Source: Cladosporium halotolerans | Taxonomy: Eukaryota | Direction: 5' to 3' | Assembly: GCF_011745625.1 (NCBI RefSeq) | Contig: NW_027191480.1 | Span: 1-64,000 of the forward strand | DNA length: 64,000 bases | Part shown: piece after piece, positions 12,638 through 25,600 of the stretch | Numbering within the stretch: position 1 is the stretch's first letter | Layout of the letters: each line of letters begins with the position of its first letter | Program-made: the position numbers and the translations under genes | The notes under the pieces: generated by a model | Told to the model about the DNA's origin: nothing | The model's input: the letters and a program-made list of their open reading frames with translations, nothing else | Databases searched by the model: none

Positions 12638-14064
12638 TCACGAGCTTCCAGGCCCGCCGAGCAGCGCGAACCGCCTGACGATGCTGGGGCCAATCTCCTC
12701 GTACTCGGCCTTGGTGTGGCAATAACTCTTGAACTCGGGGGTCTGGCCGAGCAGCGATCCTCCAAACCACGGTCCGTGTCTCTGCCTCTTGTGCGTGATG
12801 ACCTGGACGTCCAGGCCGCCGGACTTGGCCGCGTTGCCGGCCTTCGCCTCAGACAGCTTGATGCGCTCGTCGACCAGGTGGCGGATGTCGCGCTGGAGGC
12901 GACGGCCGAAATCCTTGTACAGTGTCGAGCCACCGGACAGGACGATGTTCTTGTACAGGCCGCGACGGACGTCGATGGGCGAGGTCTGGATGGTGGTGTC
13001 GACGATATTGGGCAGCGGGGTGAGGAAGTCGGACGAGTAGATTTCAGGGTTGAAGAAGATCTCGGGGGCAAGGAAGCGCTCGTAGCCGACGTCGACGGTC
13101 ACGGTGCGGCCTCCGGGCTGACGTGCGTCAAAGGCCTTGAAGCGGTCGGCAGGCTCACGGTCGAAGCGGGCGAACTCCTTGACGATGTCAGGGCTGACGT
13201 AGCAGTGCTCCTCCTTGATGCGCTCGGCGGTCTTGAGCGAGCTGTCGGGCTCGCCGCGGTCACGCAGCATGGACTGCACGAAGTAGGTGATGTCGCGACC
13301 GGCGATGGGTATGCTCTTGATGCTGCTGCCAATGACATAGCCCTCGGCCACAGGAATGACGTGTGTGACACCCTCACCAGAATCGATGACAGTACCGGTC
13401 AAGCTGCGGTCTTGCACCTTGCTGCTTGTCCATGATGCAGCCAGCGCGAGCACAGCTTGTACGGCAATGTAGAGACCAGCGCAGTTGAAGGATTCGAACA
13501 TGATCTCGGCAGTGTTCTCTCGGTTCTCGGGCGGGTTGAGCGGAGGCTCGGTGAGCAGGAAGTGGTGGTCTTCAGGCTCCACGCGGAGGTACTTGAACAT
13601 GCTGTTCGACCAGAAGCGCTCCATGTGGTCCCAGTTTTCTATTTGTCCGTGTCGGATAGGGTAGTGCAAGCCGTAGCCTATGCCCGTACGTCAGCTTCAT
13701 CCACCACTGCCTGTATCATATCGCCACCTACCAGGGCCGGAAGCCGCTGTAAGAGCCTCATCGCCAATGAAGAAGTCAAGGTCTTCAGTGCCTCTCTTGC
13801 CAGATAGATGTCCGCCTGCTCCGCCAGTCAAGAATGTAGGCTTGTTGGCCACGGCAGGGCGTCCGGATCCTGATCCTCCTGCTCCGCCTGTCGGGCCTTT
13901 TGTTGCGATCGCGGTGGGGAAGACGAAGGATGGGGAGTCGTTGCCGGCGAACCCGAGTTTAGAATAGCCCGTACCGCTGGATCTGGTATTAGCTGATGTG
14001 CTTGGGGTGTGTGGCTTGGAGAGGTCTACTTGTCCATGACAACGGCCGGTGTGTGGTTCGCCAT
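12638..14064 (-). CDS. ARP3: Actin-related protein 3 (Arp2/3 complex), 439 aa; exons 14064-14030, 13976-13732, 13677-12638
   Basis: [48 protein letters not shown] and [14 protein letters not shown] are Arp3-type sequences. Two GT-AG introns give an in-frame 1320-nt CDS. Confidence 0.96.
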
Positions 14065-15448
14065 CTCGGATCGCAGAGGGGTTTCGGGGGCGCAATCGCC
14101 TCAAAGTGGTCCAGACGGTGGCTTTGCGTAACGAGAGAGGTATGAGGAGCGTGTACAGCTAGTTGTCGAGGCGTGGTGGGATGTCGGCGCCAGCAGTCAA
14201 TGGCCGCCTGAGCTCCAGCGACGTTACGTACGGGCGGAACTGCGCCCGCGGATTTCCCTCCACAACCCCACTTTGGATGTTCTTCAAATGCCTGAGGATC
14301 AGATCTGTCGTTGCACTGAAAACCTAACGGTGTATTTCGAAACGCTCAATCGAGGATTTCGCGCTCATCGTATTTTCGGTCGATACAATTCTGTTCTTGA
14401 GTGGTTCGTCTGAAGTGCATCGCAGTGTTCATTGTGACTGAACACTGTTTGCCGGGCGCCATTCGCCAAGATTTCGTCGTTTCTGCCTGCTGCTCAGGTC
14501 TGCATCTTACCTCGTCCATAGCTACCATAAAGTCACCCGCAAAGTCTTGAATGTATGAGCCGCAAAGGCGCTCAGGACGATTAATGGATTCCTGACGTAT
14601 CATCAGATGTTGAGATGAATCTCCCGTCTGGTTCGGCTCGGGAAAAAGATCACGTGTTGCCGTGACATCTACGCAAGTCGTGCCTTCCTACTTTCTCGCG
14701 TCCAAGCTGTAGGGAAACGGCACCATGACAACGCTGTCCCCTACATTAATTACCTTCTCATCCCTCCCTCACATACCCGCATACCTCGTCCTCATCCACC
14801 TTGCCGCCAGTCTTTCCTCACTCACTCCTCCCGCCACCTCACGAAGCACGGGGCAAGAATTCTTCACCAGCAGTCTTTCTTCACCTTCCGTTCACTGCCG
14901 CGAATAGCACGAGTGCGCTCCGTCCTTCCACGAACACACGTGCAAAAGAAATGAATGCTGTCCTTTGACGCGTCATATGTCCATCTGGACACCATACCAC
15001 GCGCTTAGCGAATACATTACTTTGAAGTATCAGTCAGAGATCCGCATCATCATCGACACAACAAAATCTCTCGTCGACGAAGAGGCCGAGTCTCGGAACC
15101 TGTGCAAGCAGACTGGTTCCTCACGCAGAAGCAAAGACCTCTTGCGCGCCATCAAGCGCACCTCGACCGCAGTCAGATCTGCGCCACGACTATCGACCTA
15201 CGAACGATCCGCTCACTCCTGCCTCTTCACGCCGAGGGCTTACCAAGAGGCTCTTGCGCATCACCATCGGCCATACGGATTCCGTTTGATTAAGGGTCCT
15301 TCCAAGCATTCACTTTTCAGTCAAAAGCCGGCACTTCACCTTTGGCAAGACCGCTTGCTGCTCGACGACCTAAGTACTCCTGAGCTTCTCTTCTCCCTCA
15401 TCTGGGAAGCAAGCCACGGCTGCATTAATCCCTCACAAATCGCACGCC

Positions 15449-17379
15449 ATGTTCTCCAATAAAAGAGGGAGGAAGTTCGGAGAGACTGCCTGTATATTCG
15501 TCCATGCCGGCGCCGGCTACCACAGCGTCGCAAATGAGATGGTTCATTTGTCGGCTTGCAATGAGTAAGGTATCCGGTATGGCCAGCGCTTTTTCGATAT
15601 TTGCTAACACAATCTCAGCGCCGCGAAACTTGCAATGAACGTGATGAAGACTGGAGGATCAGCCGTCGACGCCGTTGAGATCGCAATCAAGTGCCTCGAA
15701 GACCGTGAGATCACCAACGCTGGTTACGGAAGTAACCTCGCGATCGATGGTGTCGTCGAGTGCGATGCGCTGGTTGTGGATCACAACGGACGTAGTGGTG
15801 GTGCGGGAGCTGTTGCTCGTAAGTCTGACCATTGCCGAACTTGGGACAGAGCTAACATCATGCAGAGGTCAAGAATCCCATTTCTCTTGCGCGTGTTTTG
15901 CTCGACCACTCAGCCACTCAGCTATCTCTGCGTCGAGTGCCACCCAACCTACTAGTCGGTCAAGGGGCCACAGACTTTGCCCACGAGCAAGGAATTCCCA
16001 TCGTTCGTTATGAGTCCCTCGTTTCGCCGGCAGCTCAAGAGCGCTGGAGGCGATGGAGTCAAGATCTCATTGCTGCAGAGCGCAAAGAGCGGGAGGCCCA
16101 GACTGCTCGCTACGGCGCATCACCAACCCCATCAGACGCAGACTACGATTCGCAGTTCCTGACAATGACAGCCGAGAAGAAGCGCAAGCTCTACACGACA
16201 TCCATGGCTGAAGCTTTGGTGAACGACGCGCAGCCTGTATCGCCGCCAGCCTCGGACGATAGAAAGAGTTTTGCGTACTCATCTTCGCCCTCCCGTGCAA
16301 GCTCGGCTATTTCCATACCGCAAGCATACAACACCGACAAGACGACGCCCGAGGCAGACGATAGCTACACCGATCCGTACGGTCCGCCGGGGCCATTGTC
16401 ACGACCTTCCGTGGCCGAATTCATGAACAGTCCTCAAACTGCGGCAGAGACCATTCCGTCTGATACTGGCAAATCGTACGGCAGCAAAGATGGAGGGTTC
16501 TCACGTCATGGGGCTGAGGAGCAGGCCGTGAGAAACAGTAGCGAGATTTTCGATGGTGTATCCCTCAAAGAATACTCGCAAGCATCCGGGCTCGGCACAT
16601 GGAGTGATGGAACGTTTGGAACGGAGTCCACCACTGCGTCTTCGTACCATGGCATTGCCTTCGAAGACATACCGCAGCTAGGGCCAGCCCCTAGGTCTGT
16701 CTCTTCTTCACCGGGAGTGGACCAGGACGCCCCGACACCGCGAGCAATATCGCCAGACGAGGCATTCTTCAGCGACAAGGAAAATTCTCTGCCTCCTCCT
16801 ACCGATGAAGACTCCATCACAGACACGGTCGGAGCAATCGCCATCGACATGTACGGGAACATCGCCTGTGGCGCCTCTTCTGGTGGCATTGGGATGAAAC
16901 ACCGTGGTCGTATCGGTCCTGCCGCTCTCGTCGGCATTGGTGCGAGTGTCATTCCCGTCGATCCGGACGACCCAGACCGCACGACTGTCGCCACAGTCAC
17001 CAGTGGCACTGGCGAACACATGGGCACAACAATGGCGGCCTCTGTCTGCTCGAACCGCATCTTCTATTCCCAGCGTCGCACGCCTGGTGGCGGCACGGAG
17101 CAGGTCACGGAAGACGAAGCTCTCAAAGCTTTCATCGAACGCGACTTCATGAACCACCCCTCTGTCCGCCACAGCCAATCGACCGGTGCAATCGGCATGC
17201 TCACCGTCAAGCGTACTTCAGACGGGGCATGGCTATATTACGCACACAACACCGACTCCTTCGCCATCGCCAGCATGAGCTCCGACGACGCCAAACCTTC
17301 ATGTTCGATGAGCAGAAGCAGAGGCAATGGCACTATAGCCCAGGGCGGTAAGGGCGTGCGTTTCCGCAAGAAGAAATGA
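15449..17379 (+). CDS. TASP1: Threonine aspartase (taspase-1, Ntn-hydrolase / asparaginase-2 family), 609 aa; exons 15449-15564, 15619-15818, 15866-17379
   Basis: IFVHAGAGYH, TNAGYGSNL, autocleavage site D|TVGAIAID, SSGGIGMKHRGRIGPAA and TSGTGE. Two GT-AG introns with CTAAC branch points. Confidence 0.9.
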
Positions 17380-17869
17380 GCTTCGGTCTCGAGCGTGCAG
17401 CTCGACTGATTATCTGTGTGATTCTTTTTGGCTTGGTTTGGCTTCTTTTCCATCTGACTGTACGTCTGCGGGCTGGGCTGCCTGCGACCCTAAGCTTGGA
17501 GAACCGAGGTGAAAGATGAGCGTGTTTGGCTTTGAATTCAGGGGACGATGTACATTAGCGGGCAGAAGGAGTGCTTGCTTTTCTCCACTCAATAGCATGA
17601 GATACCTAGTAAATGATACCCTGGCTGTACCTGAGGATTCTGATCGTTTTGGGATCTAGATCGGGCCTTAGCGTTCTTCAGGTCGATTGATGAAGAATAC
17701 GAGGTCTCAAAACACCTCAAATCTTTTACCAGACCGCCACAACCGGCCATCTATCGTACAGAAACTTCCCCCAAACCCCCTTTGGCAAACCCCTCTGGAC
17801 AACCCACTCCGCCAAACGCCTTGCTCAAAATCACATCTAGTAGAAACATTCCATACCCCTCAAAACCCC

Positions 17870-19006
17870 TCACCCGGGCGCCGGCGTCCCCCCAGCACTC
17901 CCCGGCGTCTCCCCCTCCCCAACCACCCTCTTCCTCTTCTTTTTCTTCCTCGGCACAACCGCCGGTTTCCGCCCATAGCTCGCGAGCGCCAAATGGCTCC
18001 CGCAGGTCAGACACGTCCCGTCCGGCACGGGCTCGCAGAAAATCGACAGGCAGATACTGCACACGAAGCCCACGTCCACGATGCGCCGGTGGCAGAAGCA
18101 GGCCGCGCGGAAATCGACGCTCTTCCCTGCGCCTTCGCCCGAGGGGAGGATGAGGCTTTGGCGCGCCGTGGGGTCCGGGAGGAAGGCGAGCATGAGGGTT
18201 TGGAGCAGGCCGGCGTGCGAGGTGGGCGTTGTGGAGGAGAGGTGGATGCCGCCGGTTGCGTCCGCGGCTTGTTGCAGGAAGGTGCTGCTGGAGGCGAGCG
18301 TGAGCACGTCGATGGGGATGCTGAGGCGTTGAGCGGCGAAGATGGCGTTCATGGTCGGGATGTATTGCGCGCTGTTGTCGGGGCTCGTGCTGAGGATGAG
18401 GATGCGCGAGGTGCTGCTGCCGGGGGCGGAGGAGCCGGCAGCGCGGGAGTCGGAGGTGTTGCTGCTGGGGTCGGAGTAGTTGAAGGAGGATTGCGCGGTT
18501 TGGGTGGATGTGGGTCCCGCGGTGGTGAGTTTGGAGGTGTGGGAGAGGGCGAGGGTGAGGGCGCCGGCGGTCATTGTTGTGGGGGTTGAGGAGAGGGCGG
18601 CTTTGGTTGTGGTTGCGAGGAGGTTTTGGAGGTTGCTTGTTATTGCGCGCTCGACGGCGGCGAAGGGCCGGTATTTGTTCGCTTCGTCGGGTGGCTGTTG
18701 GACGGGCCCGCCGTTGGCCATGTCAACGTCGCCATTGACTTGCTGATGGCCTCTGGAAGGGGGCGTTGGGTATAACCATTCTGCTCTTTCTACGTGGCTG
18801 GCAAGAACCGCGACCTGGTTCGCAGGGTTTATCGCCAGGTGGGCGTTCAAGAACACCAACAAGCTGGCGAGAGCCTTGTGGAGAGGGAGACTGGGTGCGA
18901 GCAGGTTCCAGGCGTGTGGGTTCGTATCGAGGATTACGGTGAGGAGCGAAGGAGGTGCGCCTGTGTCAGCCTCGATGGAACGGCTGGTGGCATCTACGGC
19001 ATTCAT
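17870..19006 (-). CDS. TFB4: TFIIH subunit Tfb4/p34, 378 aa
   Basis: vWA-like start LTVILDTNP, QYIPTMNAIFAAQ, FLQQAADATGG, and C-terminal zinc finger DFRAACFCH..CSICLSIFC..CLTC. Confidence 0.93.
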   Translation of the reverse strand: MNAVDATSRSIEADTGAPPSLLTVILDTNPHAWNLLAPSLPLHKALASLLVFLNAHLAINPANQVAVLASHVERAEWLYPTPPSRGHQQVNGDVDMANGGPVQQPPDEANKYRPFAAVERAITSNLQNLLATTTKAALSSTPTTMTAGALTLALSHTSKLTTAGPTSTQTAQSSFNYSDPSSNTSDSRAAGSSAPGSSTSRILILSTSPDNSAQYIPTMNAIFAAQRLSIPIDVLTLASSSTFLQQAADATGGIHLSSTTPTSHAGLLQTLMLAFLPDPTARQSLILPSGEGAGKSVDFRAACFCHRRIVDVGFVCSICLSIFCEPVPDGTCLTCGSHLALASYGRKPAVVPRKKKKRKRVVGEGETPGSAGGTPAPG

Positions 19007-19686
19007 TGTGATTTCCCACGTCTGTTGAAACTGCGAATGAATCCAAAGCTACTCCGGCGGACGGTCGACTGTCGGCGTTCAAAGGGCCGCTTCCATCTAT
19101 TCTTTTCCTAGCTCTTTTGCATGTCTCAAGAGTCTCCACGCTCCCCGTTGAGTCAAAGTGATCGTCGCATGGAAGCAAGGGGCTTTAGATGTCGAGTTGT
19201 GCTAACAAATCACAAATGTTTGGGGACGCTTACATCGCGAAGTTTAGCATGTGATCGCGCGTGCGGTCATCACTCCAGCAGGCGGTTCTGAGGCTCGTCG
19301 GGCGCTGCTCAGGCACTCCCGAGCGCTACGGCGGACGAAACGTCGCAGGCAGCCAGCAGCCCTCCACCTCCACGCCGCGTTTCGTGAAGCTCCAAAGCAA
19401 CGCGTGCCTTTCTCCTGCGATTAACAAACACTCCTTTCCCGTTGACCAACGCCACTTCGAGTCTGCAAGAGGACGCAATACTGTGTGCCTCATAATACCA
19501 CCACCACTCAACCACTCATTTCCTTCTACTTTAATATTTGGCGACTCGAAACAACGTGGAATTCACCGTCCGGACCCCTGTATCTGGGCCTACAACAAAT
19601 TACACGCATTCGTCTTTACATCACCGATCCAAGCTCAACTGCAAGCGATGCTCATTTCTGCATACATCCTGGACTGTTAGACGAAT

Positions 19687-22600
19687 ATGGAGGACCCCGT
19701 GGTCCAGGGAGCAAATGGCGTTGCTAATGGCACGCCGCCTGCGCCCACCCCAAATGCCGTCGATCCACAGGATATCATCAAGTACTTGAGCAGCGTGCTC
19801 GAAGTGACTTTGGGCGCTTCAAAGGAGGAACTGAAGAGCCAAGGAAGCTTGCTGGAGGAATCGTTACTTGAAGACACACTGGCAAGATGCACCCGATTTG
19901 CGCTGGAAGCACAGGTTGCGCTGTACGTGTTAAAGGAGGCCGCTGTTGGCGGTAGTGGTGCGCAAGCCAACGGCGATTCGGAAGAAGAGCAGGCCGTGTA
20001 CACCTTGAGCTCCGATCTCACATATTCATCGAGGACGCTGGGATGTGTGGCGTTCCTGAAACGACCCAGCCCAATTACTTCGGATCTTCCGGTTTCGAAG
20101 CAGCTTTCTGTCGTTAACCTGCCCCTGTCTGGAATCTTGGGCAACAGCGCCGACTCTGGATCTACACTATCCCCGTACGAAAGCTTGCACTCATTACTTC
20201 GAGGAGCCATCGCTCCTTTCTTCGAAGCGGCAGCAAGAGGCTCTGAGCCTTCAAGCGACAAGCTCAGGTCAGACGGCGACTCGAGGACAGGCATCACAGG
20301 AGCAAGAAGACGGTTGGCAGAACTCGACAGCAGCTTGCTGAACCTGCTGCAGAACAGCGAAGTGTCAGAGCCTAAGCTTCAAATACACGAGGCAGTTTAC
20401 AAGCAGCTGGAGGATTCCCAAGGCGATGTCACAGCAGCCATCGCGCAGATCCCCGACAATGTGGTGTCGAACAGCGGCATCTTAAACAAATTGCAAGCAA
20501 TGGCGAACGACTGGATCAGGCAAATTCGGGAGTTCACAAAGCAAGCAGACGAGCGTCCGGTTGGTAGCGCGACGCAAGAGAAGAACTTCTGGCTGGCCAT
20601 GGAATCCGCGATCGAGAGCATAGAAGAGCAGCTTGCTGGACCAGGCGTGCAATTGACCATGAAGATCTTGGAGAAGGCGAAGCGACACGGTGTGACCGCG
20701 AGTTTCCAATCAGACACAGGACTGAAGGAAGCAAAGGATCGTGTTCAGAGGTACAATCAGCTGTTCCATGGCTTTCCGATCGAGGAGGTTCTCAACGCCA
20801 CCACGATTGAGAAGCTGCAGGATGCTATCGAGCAGGTGTTCAGCCACTTGAACAAGAAGCTCCGCATTTGCCCGTATCCCGTCAAGCGTGCACTGCCGCT
20901 TGTTGAAGCAATTTCAGCCGATCTGGACTCCAGAATTCACAATTTGATCCATGGCCGCACACTCATGCAGATGAGTTTTGAAGACTTCAAGAAGATCATT
21001 GCCACCGTCAACGATCTTTGGTCCGTCTGGGACGATCAGCTCAAAGAGTTTACGAATGTCGCTCGTGAAGTCACCCGGAGACGCAACGACAAGTTCATTC
21101 CGATCAAGATTCAGAAGAAGCACGACAAGACCCAAGACCGACTCGAGTACATCGAGAATTTCAGGACCAACCACGAGCAGCTTCAGCGCACCATTTCGAA
21201 TGTACTCGGTCCCGAGGACGAAGGCGCCGAAGCTCTGGGTGGCCCTGCTGCGCCTGTCATTGTCGAAGAAATGGGAGACGTCGATGCCGTCGAAGAGATC
21301 TCGCAAGCATACACAGCCGTCAAAGACGTTGATGTCCTGGACACATCGCCCGATGGAGAACGGCTGTGGGCACAGGCCGAAGCAGCTTACAACGAACGCA
21401 CTGCGAGAGTTGAGAACTCTATCATCGCCAGGCTGCGTGACCGTCTGGCTGTGGCTAAGACAGCAAACGAAATGTTCCGTGTGTTCTCTAGATTCAATGC
21501 GCTTTTCGTCCGACCTAAGATCCGAGGTGCTATTTCTGATCATCAGACGCAGCTCATCAACAATGTCAAGGACGATATCGACGCGCTACAGGTGCGTTTC
21601 ACACATCAATACGGCCAGTCCGAGGCGCACGCAATGGCCCAGCTTCATGATGTGCCTCCCATCTCCGGTGCCATCATTCGCGCTAGACAGGTCGAGCGTC
21701 AACTGGACAGCTACATGAGCAAAATTGAAGATATTCTCGGATCTAAATGGGCTCAACACACCGAAGGACAACGCCTGTTCGCACTGGGCGAGCGTTTCCG
21801 GGAGCGATTGGACACCAAGCCAATCTTTGATGACTGGCTTCGCGACATCACCCGCAGGTCCCTGAGCATCTCCGGTCGCCTCTTCACCATCCACCAGAAC
21901 AGAATCAAGGGTAATCAGCTGGAGGTCCACGTCAACTTTGATTCTCAGGTGATCACGCTGTTCAAGGAAGTGAGAAACTTGCTCTGGCTCAACTTCAACG
22001 TCCCTCACAGCATTACCAACGTCTCAAAGGAAGCGCGCCGTGTTTACCCATTCGCTGTTAGTCTCATGGAGAGCCTGAACACGTATGATCAGACCAATAT
22101 GACGATCCAAAGCATGCCGCAGGTTTCGATACTGCTCAGCAACTACCGCAACGCTGTGCAGGCTTTCGTCGCCAAAGGCGCGCCTCTCCGTTGGGACACA
22201 TTCGTGCTTGCTTATGACGTCCACATAAGGCAGGTTAGCAGCGATGGAGATCCTACTGGTCGCGTTGAAGACAACAAGCACGTTCAGTTTGTGAGGGACC
22301 TTGGCAATTCCATCACGACGCTTCAGGCGAAGGTTTCCACCCTCTCTTCAATCCAAGTGAATGCGGATGCGGCTCTCCGTGAGCTGCAGACCTGTGGCTT
22401 CGTCCAAGATTCCTTTCGCTCGCATCTCGAAGCTATGCAGCGTGCTGTCGATCAACTCAACCTGGAGTCTTACGCGAACATTCCATTTTGGGTCGCTAAG
22501 ACCAACGAAAAGATCGTCGAGGCCTTGCACACTCGCTTGCAGCAAGCCCTCAAAGACTGGTCTGAGGACTTTGAGGACCCTGCGCATTCGGGTGAAAAGG

Positions 22601-25600
22601 AAGCAGGAACGCCCAACATTGAGACATTCAACCACGACGTTGTCATGCAGAACCAGACCATCCAGCTTGAGCCGCCACTTGAAGACGCAAGGGCTGGATG
22701 GCTCGCCAACTTGCAGGAGTGGCTCGCTACCGTATGCGACCTGCCTAGGGTGCAGGCTTCGCGATTCGAAAGCGCCCTCACCGTCGGAGTATCTAAGTCA
22801 TCAACAACTTACGCCGAGCTTCCTGCCATGAGCATGGATTCTCTCGCGACTCTTTATGAGAGAATTGAGGCAAAGATCGCTGTTGCACAGACGTATGTGG
22901 ACGAGTGGCTGCAGTTCCAGTCACTATGGGATCTCCAACTCGATCAGGTGCAAGACGACATTGGCGAAGATCTTGAGCTCTGGCTGCAACTTATTCAGGA
23001 GCTGCGCCAGAAGCGTGAGACATTTGACACATCCGGCATGCGCAGATCCTTCGGACACCTGGTCATCAACTATGAGCAAGTGCAGGCTAAGGTCAACGCC
23101 AAGTATGACCAGTGGCAGCACGAGCTACTTGGTCACTTCGCCGGCCTCTTTGCCACTCGGTTGGTCGACGTCTACGCTGAGCTTCAGAAGTCCAGGAAGG
23201 ATCTTGAAGGCCAAAGCATGCAAACGAGCTCCACTTCTCAGGCGGTGTCTTTCATTACCGTGGTGCAGACCTGCAAGCGCAAGGCTAAGGTTTGGGGCCC
23301 GGACATGGAAACATTCCGTCAAGGCCAGCAGACCTTGTCACGTCTGCGCTATCAGTATCCCAAGGATTGGATGTACGTCGAGCAAGTCGACCATGAATGG
23401 ACTGCTCTGCAGGAAGTGCTCGAGCGTAAGAGCAAGCTCATCGCCGATCAGACTGACGCCTTGCGTGCCAAGATCTCTGCAGAGGATGGTGTCGTCTCCA
23501 GGCGGGTTGCTGAGATCACGGAGAAGTGGAATGAGGAGCGCCCGGTCGCTGGCTCTATCCCACCTGCCGAGGCGGTCGCAACACTGGACAACTTCGACTC
23601 CGAGCTCAGCCAGCTTAGTGAGCAGGCTGAGATGGTTTCGAAGGCTAAGGAGGCGCTCGAGCTGCCCGCCAGTCCCGATAACATGCTCTCGACTTTGTTG
23701 GAAGAGGTTCAAGACTTTAAGTCTGTTTGGGCAAACCTGAGCATCGTCTGGGATCAGATCAATGACCTGCGCGACCAGCCTTGGAACAGCATCCAGCCTC
23801 GTAAGCTTCGGCAGCAGATTGACAACCTCATCAAGACTACCAAGGAGATGCCCAGCCGCATGCGTCAATACGCTGCCTTCGAGCATGTGCAGAACGTTCT
23901 CCGCCAGCTTCTTAAGGTCAACCCACTTCTCACCGAGATGCGCTCGGACGCTGTGCGTGAGCGCCACTGGGTCAAGATCTTCAAGAACCTCCAGCCTTCC
24001 AAGCGCTACTCTGCAATCTCAATGACGCTCGGAGACGTCTGGGATCTACAGCTTGGTCCTAGTGAGGCCATCATCCGCGACGTTATCACTCAGGCGCAAG
24101 GTGAGATGGCTCTGGAGGAGTTCGTCCGGTCCGTACGCGAGCACTGGCAGAACTACACTCTGGACCTTGTGAACTACCAGAACAAGTGCAGACTGATCCG
24201 CGGCTGGGATGACCTGTTCGCCAAGTGCAGCGACCACTTGAACTCTCTGCAAGCCATGAGGCACTCGCCTTACTACAAGGAGTTCGAGGAAGAGGCTTCC
24301 TCCTGGGAGGACAAGCTTAACCGCATTCACGTTTTGTTCGATGTATGGATTGACGTCCAGCGCCAGTGGGTCTACCTCGAAGGAGTTTTCACGGGCAACG
24401 CCGATATCAAGCACTTGTTGCCCGTCGAGTCTTCACGCTTTGCGAACATCAACAGCGAATTCATGGCTGTCTTGAAGAAGGTGTACCGTTCGCCGCAAGT
24501 GCTTGAGGTCCTGAACATCCCCGATGTGCAAAGGTCACTCGAGCGCCTCGCAGATTTGCTGAACAAGATTCAAAAGGCTTTGGGCGAGTACTTGGAGAAG
24601 GAGAGAATTGCATTCCCTCGCTTCTACTTCGTTGGTGACGAGGACTTGCTGGAGATCATCGGCAACGCAAATGACACACTCCGCATCGCAAAACATCTTA
24701 GGAAGATGTTCGCAGGTATTTCCGGCGTTGTCATGGATGACGAGTCTAACATCCGTGGCCTCACTTCCAAGGAGGGAGAGCAAGTCATGCTGAGAAAGCC
24801 GATCTCGCTTACAGCCACGCCTAAGATCAACGAGTGGCTCAAGGCTCTGGAAGATAACATGCGTGAGACTTTGTCCGAGAATCTCTCCGAAGCTGTGCAT
24901 GACTTCCAGAACATTGGCGAGGACAACGACGACGTCTTTGAGAGCTTCCTCTCTGCTTATCCCGCCCAGATTGTAGTCCTCGCTACGCAAGCATGTTGGA
25001 CGTCAGACGTGAACGCTGCGCTGGAGAAGGGCGGCTCTGCATTGCAGACCCTATTCGACGCGCAAGTCAACAGACTCAAGTTCCTTGCTTCCACCGTCTT
25101 GAAGAACCTTGACCCGCTCTTCCGCAAGAAGTGCGAGCAGCTCATCACCGAATTCGTCCACCAGAGGGACGGTATCGAAAAGCTCATTCAAGGTGGTGCC
25201 GACTCGCCTAACCACTACCTGTGGCTTCTGATGATGCGCTACGAGTTTGACCCTAGCGCTGCTCCTCTGGACCGCATGCAAATCAAGGTCGCAAACGCGA
25301 CGCTTGCATATGGCTTCGAATACTTGGGCGTGCCTGAACGTCTTGTCCGCACTCCTCTGACCGACCGCTGTTTCCTGACGCTCTCTCAAGCCTTGTGCCA
25401 GCGTCTTGGAGGATCGCCTTACGGTCCTGCAGGTACCGGTAAGACTGAATCAGTCAAGGCACTTGGTGTGCAGCTAGGCCGCTTTACGCTCGTCTTCAAC
25501 TGTGACGACACATTCGATTTCCAGGCCATGGGCCGCATCTTCCTCGGTATATCGCAGGTCGGTGCTTGGGGTTGTTTCGACGAGTTCAACAGATTGGAAG

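Noticed and set aside
15449..19006. Taspase (a TFIIA protease in animals) convergent with TFIIH subunit Tfb4 as a functional pair
   Set aside because: Nothing in the sequence supports co-regulation; adjacency alone is not evidence
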